Origin: Sulfurimonas sp.
GTDB taxonomy: Bacteria; Campylobacterota; Campylobacteria; Campylobacterales; Sulfurimonadaceae
Length of the DNA stretch: 32,601 nt
Reading direction: 5' to 3'
Assembly (NCBI GenBank): GCA_027083475.1
Contig: JALWON010000007.1
Location: forward strand, 1-32,601
This document shows positions 18,873 to 27,236 of the stretch, in pieces. Made by a program: the position numbers and the translations under genes. The first letter of the stretch is position 1, and the number at the start of each line of letters is the position of its first letter. A model generated the notes under the pieces. The model was not told the origin of the DNA. It did not search any database and saw only the letters and a list, made by a program, of their open reading frames with translations.

Positions 18873-21509
18873 TTAAAAAGTTGAAGGGTTTGAAGTCTTC
18901 GGCAGATTGATTGTAAAAGTTGTTCCTAGATTTTTTTGTGAACTTATCTCTATAAAACCAGCGAGTTTATCAACTTCTGCTGCAACTGCACTCATACCTA
19001 TACCTCTTCCTGAGAATTCTGAGATACTCTCTTTTGTACTTAATTGTTCATTGAAGATAAGGGCATAAATTGCATCTTCATTCATCGTTTTTGCTTCTTC
19101 AAATGTAATAATGTTTTCTTTAATAGCTTTTGTTAGGAGTTTGTCTTTATTGATTCCTGCTCCATCGTCTGAGATGATGATTTGAATTTTATCTTCATCT
19201 ACATGGAAACTACAATTGATTGTCCCTCTTTCATTTTTTTTATTTAAAAGTCGTGTTTCAGGATCTTCTATACCATGATCAACACTATTTCTAAAGATAT
19301 GCACAAGAGATTTTATAAAGGGTTTATAGGATTCACTGACAAGTACTTCTTTCTCAAACTCATACACCTCTTTTTCTAGTTTGTGTGCGAGTTGTTGTAC
19401 TAAATTTGTGTAAGGTTTGAGGAGGTTGATTAATTTTTGATTGGAGAGATTCGATACTTGGGCGATGAGTTCTTTGGACTCAGGAGTCTCAAAATTTTGT
19501 TTTTTAAATAGTTTATGAATTTTCTTCTGTAAATTGTTGATTTCTGAACAGTTGATTTTCAAGTAATTTTGAGAATCTAAAAACTCATCACCCAAGATAG
19601 TCCTAATAACTTTGAGCTCAGTATCAAAACTATTGTGAAAATCAGTTGCATCTAAGAGCTGTTGGAGGTCTTCATTTGTATAATTGTTATTTTTAAGTAC
19701 GAAGGAGAGTTCATTTTCTAGTGTATGTAAAAACTTTACAACTGTTCCCATAGAGAGTTGTGAAAAGACACCTTTGAAAGTATGTACTTTTCTATAAATT
19801 TCACTCATGTTATAGAGTGGTGTTTGCGAAAAATTTATATAATCTTTATAGTTGTTTATAAAATATTCATAATCACGTTTCGTATCATAAAAAGAATCAC
19901 TTTCACTAATAATCTCAACAATCATTTTTAATACTTCTTGCTCTCTTTTTACTTTTCTCTCAAGCTTTTTTTGAGCAGTTATATTCGTTACAATAAGCAT
20001 TATTTTTTTATTTTCCAATATTTTATACTCTAATTTGAGGGCTCTTTTATAGAGAATAAGTTCATTGGGAAGTAGGCTTAGGATTGATTTTTGTACTAAA
20101 GTATTTTTAATTTCACAGGCATCTAAAACAGTTTTTTGAAAAAACTTTTGTTTTGTTGTATCTGTTTTAAATAAAATATCAGGTATATATTTTCCTGCTA
20201 AATCTTCACCTAAAAGCTTGATACACTCTTTTGAATATTTTTCATCAATGATTAAATTACAACTAAAAGATAAAAAACCTTGGCCTGCATTATCGAGAAG
20301 TGTTGTCACTTCTTTGGTTTTTTCTTCAACTTTGGCTTCAAGGTTTGCATTGAGTTCATGGATTTCTTCATGTAGTCTAGCACTGACAGCAATGTTGTCT
20401 TGTAGAGAGTGTGCCATTTTTCCAAACTCATCTTCTGTCTTTATCATGACATTTTTTGTGTACTCTTTTTTGCCTTGTAAAAATAAAAAAAAGTCATTAA
20501 GGGCATTTTCAAATGTTTTCAGTGGAGTGATTACAAGTTTTTTAATAGCAATAAGAATAACAAAACCAACAACAATACTCATCCCAAAAATACCTAATAG
20601 TGCCATATAAATTAAATTTTTTGCACCATCTATTGCACTATGCACAATAGATAATGGTTTTGCCAAAAGCACAATACCAAGTTGTTTTTTTTGAAAATCT
20701 TTTATATTCTTGAAGGTATAAAAATATTGTGAACCGATAAAATATCCATTTTTTAAAAGTTTTTGTATATCAATAGTATTTGCTTGAGTGAGAAAGTTTT
20801 TGTTGATATATTTTTGTGAAATGATATAGTGTTGAAATTGTTGATTTTTTTGAAATGAGAAATTTTTCTTTGTTTGTAGCGTTTTTTGTAGATTTTGTGC
20901 CATCAAAAGTAAAAAACCTTGATTTCTTTTATCAAACTCTTTTGCAACAGAGTTGATCCCTTGAATAAACTCTAATGAGCCAAGATGCTTCTGTGTCTGG
21001 CTCGTTATAGGGACAATAGCTCGTAAAAGTAAGCCCGCACGACCTGCTTCAAAAGTAGTTACTGGTGTATGCAATCTATTGACAGCGACTACAGAAGCTC
21101 GAAATGAACTTAAATCATCTCCATATTTGTCTAGTTTCCAGTTGCGTAAAAAGGAGTGGTTGTCTTTTGTATGAAGATGTATTTTGATATTTTGAAACTC
21201 TGTGTAGCGTTTCATTTTTTGTGAAATATCTTTTAACGAGTCTATAGCGAGTTTTCTTTGTTGTGTTTTGAGTGCTGTCTTAATTCTTTGGTCATTTGCT
21301 ATGGAGATGGCATTTGTGATGCCCACTTTCATTTTGGAGGCTATTTGCTCATTAGCACTATTGATAAGTTCAGTTTTTTGGTTTTGATAGACATCTTCTT
21401 TTATTTGCTGAAGGTAGGAGGAGAGAACAAAAAATCCTATAATGATAGATGTAAATGAAATGCTGCCAACTGCAATATTTAACTTTGTTCCTACAGATGT
21501 AAATTTCAT
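18873..21509 (-). CDS. Membrane-bound CheA-like histidine kinase without a CheW domain (Cache-HAMP-PAS-like-Hpt-HATPase)
   Basis: Two TMs around a Cache-like domain, HAMP, Hpt motif YRKVHTFKG, CheA-type HIFRNSVDHGIE, DDGAGI, SGRGIGM. The protein ends right after the ATPase domain. Confidence 0.85.
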   Translation of the reverse strand: MKFTSVGTKLNIAVGSISFTSIIIGFFVLSSYLQQIKEDVYQNQKTELINSANEQIASKMKVGITNAISIANDQRIKTALKTQQRKLAIDSLKDISQKMKRYTEFQNIKIHLHTKDNHSFLRNWKLDKYGDDLSSFRASVVAVNRLHTPVTTFEAGRAGLLLRAIVPITSQTQKHLGSLEFIQGINSVAKEFDKRNQGFLLLMAQNLQKTLQTKKNFSFQKNQQFQHYIISQKYINKNFLTQANTIDIQKLLKNGYFIGSQYFYTFKNIKDFQKKQLGIVLLAKPLSIVHSAIDGAKNLIYMALLGIFGMSIVVGFVILIAIKKLVITPLKTFENALNDFFLFLQGKKEYTKNVMIKTEDEFGKMAHSLQDNIAVSARLHEEIHELNANLEAKVEEKTKEVTTLLDNAGQGFLSFSCNLIIDEKYSKECIKLLGEDLAGKYIPDILFKTDTTKQKFFQKTVLDACEIKNTLVQKSILSLLPNELILYKRALKLEYKILENKKIMLIVTNITAQKKLERKVKREQEVLKMIVEIISESDSFYDTKRDYEYFINNYKDYINFSQTPLYNMSEIYRKVHTFKGVFSQLSMGTVVKFLHTLENELSFVLKNNNYTNEDLQQLLDATDFHNSFDTELKVIRTILGDEFLDSQNYLKINCSEINNLQKKIHKLFKKQNFETPESKELIAQVSNLSNQKLINLLKPYTNLVQQLAHKLEKEVYEFEKEVLVSESYKPFIKSLVHIFRNSVDHGIEDPETRLLNKKNERGTINCSFHVDEDKIQIIISDDGAGINKDKLLTKAIKENIITFEEAKTMNEDAIYALIFNEQLSTKESISEFSGRGIGMSAVAAEVDKLAGFIEISSQKNLGTTFTINLPKTSNPSTF

Positions 21510-21519
21510 TGAAGCTTCA

Positions 21520-22517
21520 CTATGAATGAATTTCGTTATAGAAGCAAACTCTGTTTCTTCCGCTCTCTTTTGCTACATAGAGTGCTTCATCTGCTCTGTT
21601 GAGTGCATCAAATACATTGGTGTCTTGGTATGGTGAAACTCCTCTACTCCTATACTGACAGTAAAAGTGACAACTGTGTCTTCTGAAATACAAGAAGCTA
21701 CTTCAATATCACTTCGTATTTTTTGTGCAAGTTGTAAAGCATTTTCTTGATTTGTATTTGGGAGTATGAGTGCAAACTCTTCGCCTCCAAATCTTGCAGC
21801 AATGTCACTTTCCCTCGTCATAGTTTGAAGTCTTGAAGCTAAAAGTTTGATAACTTCATCCCCAATGTTATGTCCATAGGTGTCGTTGATATTTTTAAAT
21901 TTGTCTATATCAATCATCAAGAGGCTTAAGGGCTCTTTTGAACGTTTTGTCATCGCTATGATTTTTTGCGCTATCTCATTAAAATATCTTCTATTGTACA
22001 TATTGGTTAAGGGGTCACGATTTGCCTGCTCTTTTAGTTTCGCTTTGGCTTCTTGCAGTGCTTGTGTCTGTTTTGTAAGTTTTACATGCGTATCGATGAG
22101 TTTACTTTGGGCCTCTTTTTGTAAACTAATATCAAGTGCTATAGAGATTAAAACAGTTCTTGAATCTTTTAATTTGACAGCTTTTTCTTGCATTTGATAC
22201 CATCTGTTTGCTACTTCATTGAAATGTTCATACACAATATAACTATTATCTACAGTAGTTTGCGAGGGGTGAACTTCTGATTGTAAGTTGGCTAAAAGTG
22301 CAGGAGCTTTACACCACAGGCAAGGAGATTCTTGCCCATATACAGCTTCCCAACAGTTTAGGGCTGTCAAATCAGACATAATGTTCTTCATTGCCTGATT
22401 AGCATATACAAGCTCATATTTTGCTAGATCAATAACACTCACTGCAAAAAGGGAGGTGTCATTAAAAATATCGATAGAGATTAAATCTTTTATCTCATTG
22501 TAATCTACATTAGTCAT
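21520..22517 (-). pseudogene. PAS-like/GGDEF diguanylate cyclase with a frameshift near the 3' end
   Basis: GGEEF with RxxD site (RESD). After VSIGVEEFHH the canonical end (DTNVFDALNRADEALYVAKESGRNRV...stop at 21520) continues in another frame; the shift lies near 21626-21635. Confidence 0.85.
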
Positions 22518-22923
22518 CTAAGAACTCGTCATCAAGAAGTTCATCATCCAACTCTTGGGTATAATCTTCATAAATATTAGCGATTGCTTGTGCGAGTTTT
22601 TCTTCATTAATAGGTTTTAATAAGTAGCCTTGTGCTCCTGCTTTCAATGCAGATACAACCATCTCTTCTTGCCCATGTGAGGTCACCATAATAATATTGA
22701 CTTCCTTGTTAAACTCTCGAATCTGCTTTACAGCCTCTATCCCATCCATATCAGGCATGGTAATATCCATAGTGATTAAATCAGGGTTTAGCTCTTTACA
22801 TTGTTCTATGGCCATGCTACCATTTTTCGCTTCACCTGCAATAGCATGCCCTAAGTTTGTTATATATTTTTTTATATTTTTTCTTATAATGAGTGAATCA
22901 TCGACAACTAAAATATGTAACAT
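22510..22923 (-). CDS. Single-domain CheY-like response regulator with an acidic tail
   Basis: LVVDDS, MDITMPDMDG, YLLKP. Start moved to ATG 22923, which follows AAGGA and lies 1 nt after the cheX stop. Confidence 0.92.
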   Translation of the reverse strand: MLHILVVDDSLIIRKNIKKYITNLGHAIAGEAKNGSMAIEQCKELNPDLITMDITMPDMDGIEAVKQIREFNKEVNIIMVTSHGQEEMVVSALKAGAQGYLLKPINEEKLAQAIANIYEDYTQELDDELLDDEFLDD

Positions 22924-22924
22924 C

Positions 22925-23452
22925 TTATAGTTCCTTAAAATTGAATGTTTGAGAAAAAAGTTCTTTTGGTCCAACGACTGTTACAAGCATTTCACCAAAC
23001 TCTGTAGTGATAGTAGCTGCGGCTATTTGAGAACTTTTTTGTTTAAAAAGTGACTTTGCTTCTGAAATCAGAATGGGAGGTGTGATGCTTAATGTTGTTC
23101 CATCAAGAGGATTTTTTAAAGCATTACCGACTATAGTGTTTACTACTTCGCAAGATACACTCTCTTGAATTTCTTCACGCTCATCTTCTTCTATTGCTTC
23201 ACCCTCTAAAAATGCTTCTACCACTTGAGCTAAAAGTGCATCATCATACCCCATAGAAATGAGGACCTGAACATTGCCACCTGTCCCTAACATTGCTGTG
23301 TTCTTTTTGAGTTTTATTTTGTTTGGCAATATTATATCTATATTTTCAGAAATAACTTGTATTGCTAGGTCCTCTTTTAAAAAACTTATGGATCTTTGTA
23401 TCAAAGGAGATAAAATTTCATGTTCTAATGATGGTGTATTGTCTTGATGCAT
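22925..23452 (-). CDS. cheX: CheX/CheC-family phosphatase
   Basis: E-x-x-N catalytic motif EVVNTIVGN followed by SITPP; adjacent to the CheY-like gene. Confidence 0.78.
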   Translation of the reverse strand: MHQDNTPSLEHEILSPLIQRSISFLKEDLAIQVISENIDIILPNKIKLKKNTAMLGTGGNVQVLISMGYDDALLAQVVEAFLEGEAIEEDEREEIQESVSCEVVNTIVGNALKNPLDGTTLSITPPILISEAKSLFKQKSSQIAAATITTEFGEMLVTVVGPKELFSQTFNFKEL

Positions 23453-23489
23453 CTCTCATATCCTTTCAAAAAGAAGTCTATTGTCTCAA

Positions 23490-23498
23490 ATTATATCA
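23490..23498 (-). promoter_or_regulatory. Extended -10 promoter (TGATATAAT) of the cheX operon
   Basis: Perfect TGnTATAAT about 38 nt upstream of the cheX ATG; SD AAGGA at 23461-23465. Confidence 0.65.
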
Positions 23499-23504
23499 AC
23501 ACTA

Positions 23505-24230
23505 TCAAAAAGAGGGCTTAAGTTGTAAAAGAGTTATTTCACTTTGTGCTTTGTATCTATAGTGTATGCCCCATGTACCTAAGCCAGAATTGACATAAAT
23601 TGCCATGTTACTTTTGTAGTGTAAGCCGCTGAGGTAGGGTTGAACTAGTCGTACGAGGTAATGAAAAGGCCAGATTTGCCCACCGTGGGTATGACCACAT
23701 AAAAAGAGAGAGGCTTTTGTTTGGAGGGCAATTTTATAATCTTTTGGTTGATGGGCTAAAAATATGAGGGGTTCTTTATGTTTTGTGAGTTGTATTACTT
23801 TTTGTATATCTCTTTGAACATGAAAAAACTTTGAGAACCTATCGGCTAAGCCTACAAGATAAATATCTTGATTTTTAAAACGAATTTTTTCTAAGGCATT
23901 ATCTAAAAAAGTAAAGGTATGCAGCGCTTTTTTGAGGGCATCCAGACCATAAAAAATATCATGATTACCACTGATGTAATAGACATTTGGAAGTTGGTTG
24001 AGAATGTGGAGTTGTTGTGTGATAAATTTTACCTTTGTGTCAATAATATCACCAGTAATAATGATGCACTCACAAGCAACATTTTTACATTGATTGACAA
24101 GTGCTTGCATAGACTCGACACTTGTTTTTGTGTTGATGTGTAAATCACTCAAATGTAAAAGAGAAAAACCATCCAAAGAGGGATGGTTTATATGCACATC
24201 GAGTGTGCTGCGTGGTGGGAGTTGCATCAT
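23505..24230 (-). CDS. Calcineurin-like metallophosphoesterase (YkuE-like)
   Basis: SDLH, TGDIID, GNHD, LAHQP, GHTHGGQ motifs; overlaps the cytochrome stop codon by ATGA. Confidence 0.92.
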   Translation of the reverse strand: MMQLPPRSTLDVHINHPSLDGFSLLHLSDLHINTKTSVESMQALVNQCKNVACECIIITGDIIDTKVKFITQQLHILNQLPNVYYISGNHDIFYGLDALKKALHTFTFLDNALEKIRFKNQDIYLVGLADRFSKFFHVQRDIQKVIQLTKHKEPLIFLAHQPKDYKIALQTKASLFLCGHTHGGQIWPFHYLVRLVQPYLSGLHYKSNMAIYVNSGLGTWGIHYRYKAQSEITLLQLKPSF

Positions 24231-26608
24231 TCTCCATTTGGTCCATTATGACAATCATAACAGGTGACTTGTTGACCAGCTGAAAAGTTTTTCACACCAT
24301 TTTCTATAGAAAAGCTTCTTGCACTAAATGTTTTAGAAAGCACAGTGCCTCTGTAGGTACTTCCATGACAAGCTGTACATGAAGAGAGATTATTTCTTGC
24401 AGCACTTCTATGGTTACTAATCCATGTTTGTCCAATTGTATGCATTCCATGCGGTCCGCCACTTGTTGTGATTGGTGTTGTAGTATGGCATGCTGTACAT
24501 TCAGCGACTGTTCCTGCATGACCTTGTACTGCTATACTTTGAAGATTATCTTCAGCATGGGAACTTGGGTAGATGGCATGGGTTGAACCATGACAAGCAG
24601 AACATTGCATTTTTCCATGCCCTGTACTAAATCTATACATATCTTTACCTGTTGCAGGAGTATTTGCATTGGTTGCAAATCTTGTGTCTAGGGCAGCTCT
24701 GAGTGTCCCTGTAGCGGCATTAGTAACTGCTGTGGTGTAACGGTTTCCACCTTGGTGACAGCTTTGACAATTTGGCTCATCTAACCAACCGACTCTTCCA
24801 TGTTTTCCAACAGCATTCATATTTCCATGACAAGATTGGCATTGAATATTACTCTGTTTTCCCATAGCCCCACGAAGACATTTTGTAGTAGCCCCTGGGT
24901 GACATCTGTAACATGCACTTCTGTTTGTAGAAGAAGCCATTGTTGTCCCTGTTGTAGGGTCTATGACATTTGCATGTAAAGAGTGTAAAGACTCTGTTAA
25001 AGGTTTTATACCTGTTAATCCTGTTCCTGGAAGTGCATTACTTTTATGGCATGTTGCACAAAGCACAGGATTGCCATTTTTTGCACTTGTGTAGAGTCCT
25101 GCACTATCGTAGGTTTTATAGCCTGCAGCTTTGAGGGCTGTTTGGTTGTCTGAGACTGCATTTGGAAATTTTTGGTCATGCAAACGCAAGATATTAAATT
25201 TAAAATCTTTTTCTGCATTGCTATCATTTTCCCACCCTGCAAGTGGTTTTGCCGCATTGTAGCCACTCGTTGAACTATGACATGCCTTACAATCCATCTC
25301 ATCACTGATTGGAAGCACAACTTTAGTTGTTGCTAAGACTTTCCCGCTACTATCTTTTGCTGTAACTTTGACTAATGGATAGTAATTTTTTGTGCCGTCA
25401 TCATTATAAGGAGTGAGCGGAATTCCTGTTGCTTCAAACCAGTTATGCGTAGCATTGTATGTAAGTTTATGTGGTGTGAGACTTGGGGTGGCATTACCAG
25501 AAAGTCCTACATCATTTGCGAGAGTTGTATTGAAAAGTTTCCCGACAAATGACCAAAAGTTTGTTTTTGGGTTATTGTTACTATCTAATAAACTTGTAGT
25601 GTTGAATTTTCCTGCTAAACTTTTTTCTGCTTCATAAGTAATCGTTACTCCAGAAGTAACATGTTTTCCTGTTGTTCCATCTTTACGAATGAGTTGAGCA
25701 TTGAGGTCATTGTATGGTGGTAAGATAGAAAATACTGAAAAATCACTTCCATCCATACAGTGCATTCCTAAGTCATTCCATGCGAGGAGTGTGTATTGTC
25801 CTGATGCTTGTGTTGCAGTACCCCCACCTTGAGAACCTTTTGTCCCATTAGAATTTTCAGTGCCTTCATTTCCGCCAGTGCCTTCATTTCCGCCAGTGCC
25901 TTCATTTCCGCCAGTGCTTTGTGAAAATCTTTGATTTTCACTCTCTGCTTCTGTTTGAGTAATACGCTTTATCTCATTTTTGTTTGCTAACTCTTCTATG
26001 AGTGTTTGTTCTACTTTTTGTGAGTCATGCGAAGTGTCATTGTTATACTTATCATGCTCTGTTTTTATTTCATTTCTGATGGTTGTAGCATCAGATGTTG
26101 AGAGGTTGTTGTCTTGAGCATGTTTATAAAGAACATTTGAAATAGCTTCAATAGCTTTAGAGTCTAAAGGTGTTTTTTTATCGAGTTCGCTGAGTGAAAG
26201 GTTTAAATCATTTGCCGCTTGTTCGACTAACGTTTTTGTTGTTGCGTTTGCCTCATATGTAGTGACAACTGTAATGACATTTCCACTTCTTGTTGTTAAA
26301 GGCATATCATTGACAGTATCATTGGCATCTACTATACCATCTCTATTGACATCAATAAACCCACCTGTTGCTGTGACTGGATAGCTTACATTCTGGTTGA
26401 ATTTATAGTAACCATTTCCTTGTTCTGTTCCTGTTTGATTGTTGGCATCTTTTACAGTTGCATGCAAAATAGGTCCACGAACTACTTGTATAGTTGTGCC
26501 AGTTGCTGCTGTTGGTGTGCTACTGCCTCCACCACCACCACCTCCACCACATCCAGTAAAGAGTAGTGCCGATACCATGGCAGAAGCTATTAAAATTTTC
26601 TTCTTCAT
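24227..26608 (-). CDS. Multiheme (9 CxxCH) cytochrome c lipoprotein
   Basis: Lipobox FTG-C then a Gly linker. CKACH, CATCH, CYRCH, CQSCH x2, CSACH, CTACH x2, CYDCH. WNDLGMHC motif ahead of the heme region. Confidence 0.93.
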   Translation of the reverse strand: MKKKILIASAMVSALLFTGCGGGGGGGGSSTPTAATGTTIQVVRGPILHATVKDANNQTGTEQGNGYYKFNQNVSYPVTATGGFIDVNRDGIVDANDTVNDMPLTTRSGNVITVVTTYEANATTKTLVEQAANDLNLSLSELDKKTPLDSKAIEAISNVLYKHAQDNNLSTSDATTIRNEIKTEHDKYNNDTSHDSQKVEQTLIEELANKNEIKRITQTEAESENQRFSQSTGGNEGTGGNEGTGGNEGTENSNGTKGSQGGGTATQASGQYTLLAWNDLGMHCMDGSDFSVFSILPPYNDLNAQLIRKDGTTGKHVTSGVTITYEAEKSLAGKFNTTSLLDSNNNPKTNFWSFVGKLFNTTLANDVGLSGNATPSLTPHKLTYNATHNWFEATGIPLTPYNDDGTKNYYPLVKVTAKDSSGKVLATTKVVLPISDEMDCKACHSSTSGYNAAKPLAGWENDSNAEKDFKFNILRLHDQKFPNAVSDNQTALKAAGYKTYDSAGLYTSAKNGNPVLCATCHKSNALPGTGLTGIKPLTESLHSLHANVIDPTTGTTMASSTNRSACYRCHPGATTKCLRGAMGKQSNIQCQSCHGNMNAVGKHGRVGWLDEPNCQSCHQGGNRYTTAVTNAATGTLRAALDTRFATNANTPATGKDMYRFSTGHGKMQCSACHGSTHAIYPSSHAEDNLQSIAVQGHAGTVAECTACHTTTPITTSGGPHGMHTIGQTWISNHRSAARNNLSSCTACHGSTYRGTVLSKTFSARSFSIENGVKNFSAGQQVTCYDCHNGPNGE
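25858..25917. repeat. 18-bp perfect tandem repeat x3.3 encoding (TGGNEG)n linker
   Basis: cagtgccttcatttccgc at 25858, 25876 and 25894, plus a partial copy. Confidence 0.95.
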
Positions 26609-26636
26609 AAGAAACTCCTCATGTTTATATTTTGAC

Positions 26637-26675
26637 AGTATAAAAGAGGAGTGTGAAGATAGTGTGAAGATTTAT
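26637..26675 (-). promoter_or_regulatory. Cytochrome promoter: ATCTTCACACT x2 box plus -10 TATACT (26637-26642)
   Basis: Perfect 11-bp tandem repeat at 26650-26671. The divergent gene's TATAAT is at 26678-26683. Confidence 0.72.
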
Positions 26676-26732
26676 CGTATAATAACAAAAAATAAAATTT
26701 TACAATTGCGAATGAGAAAAGGAAAAAAATAG

Positions 26733-27236
26733 ATGAAAAGAAAAATTATAGGATTCGTTGCAATGGCAACTTTATCAACAGGGGCTTTTGCATCAAGCAA
26801 TATTCAATTAGGTGGTTCTTTAAACAATTTAGGTACAGGAACAACAAAAAGTGGTGTCTATTTAGGATTTGATGGTGAAAAAGATATAAAAAATGGTTTT
26901 TTAATTGGGGCTGGATTTAATATCAATACATTTAAAATTCAAAGAACACAAACGAATGGTGGTGCATATACAATGGCTGGTGATGCTCTTGTAGGGTATA
27001 CATTTAAAAATAAATTTGATATTCCTCTTACTCTAAAAGCAGGATTTGGTTATGGTGTAACTCATGATAATATTGTAAATCAAAACGCATGGGCTGCACA
27101 GTATAGTGCTTCTGCTGTTTATACAATATATAGAGGTTTTGGTGTAGGGGTAAGATACAATACAACAGATACTCAACTCCTGAATGTAAATGTAACTCTT
27201 GATTCGACGATAGCCTACTTGAACATTCAGTTTTAG
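26733..27236 (+). CDS. Small (probably 8-stranded) outer-membrane beta-barrel protein
   Basis: Signal peptide ending AFA, Gly/aromatic alternating strands, C-terminal YLNIQF. Confidence 0.78.
   Translation: MKRKIIGFVAMATLSTGAFASSNIQLGGSLNNLGTGTTKSGVYLGFDGEKDIKNGFLIGAGFNINTFKIQRTQTNGGAYTMAGDALVGYTFKNKFDIPLTLKAGFGYGVTHDNIVNQNAWAAQYSASAVYTIYRGFGVGVRYNTTDTQLLNVNVTLDSTIAYLNIQF

Noticed and set aside
19345-19380. EKEVYEFEKEV near-repeat in the kinase as a duplication or deletion scar
   Set aside because: The nucleotide copies differ at several positions and the frame is intact; it cannot be judged without an ortholog alignment.
18873-21509. Calling this gene cheA
   Set aside because: It has TM and sensor domains, an internal Hpt and no CheW domain, unlike canonical CheA.
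25858-25917. Tandem repeat as a possible CRISPR array near CRISPR-type genes
   Set aside because: Units are contiguous with no spacers and are in-frame coding sequence. No repeat-spacer array was seen anywhere in the window.
26527-26552. Poly-Gly tract as a phase-variation site
   Set aside because: Encoded by mixed GGT/GGA/GGC codons, not a homopolymer; a common post-lipobox linker.
24227-27236. MtrAB-type porin-cytochrome conduit
   Set aside because: The neighbouring barrel is only 167 aa and divergently transcribed, and no periplasmic decaheme partner is present.
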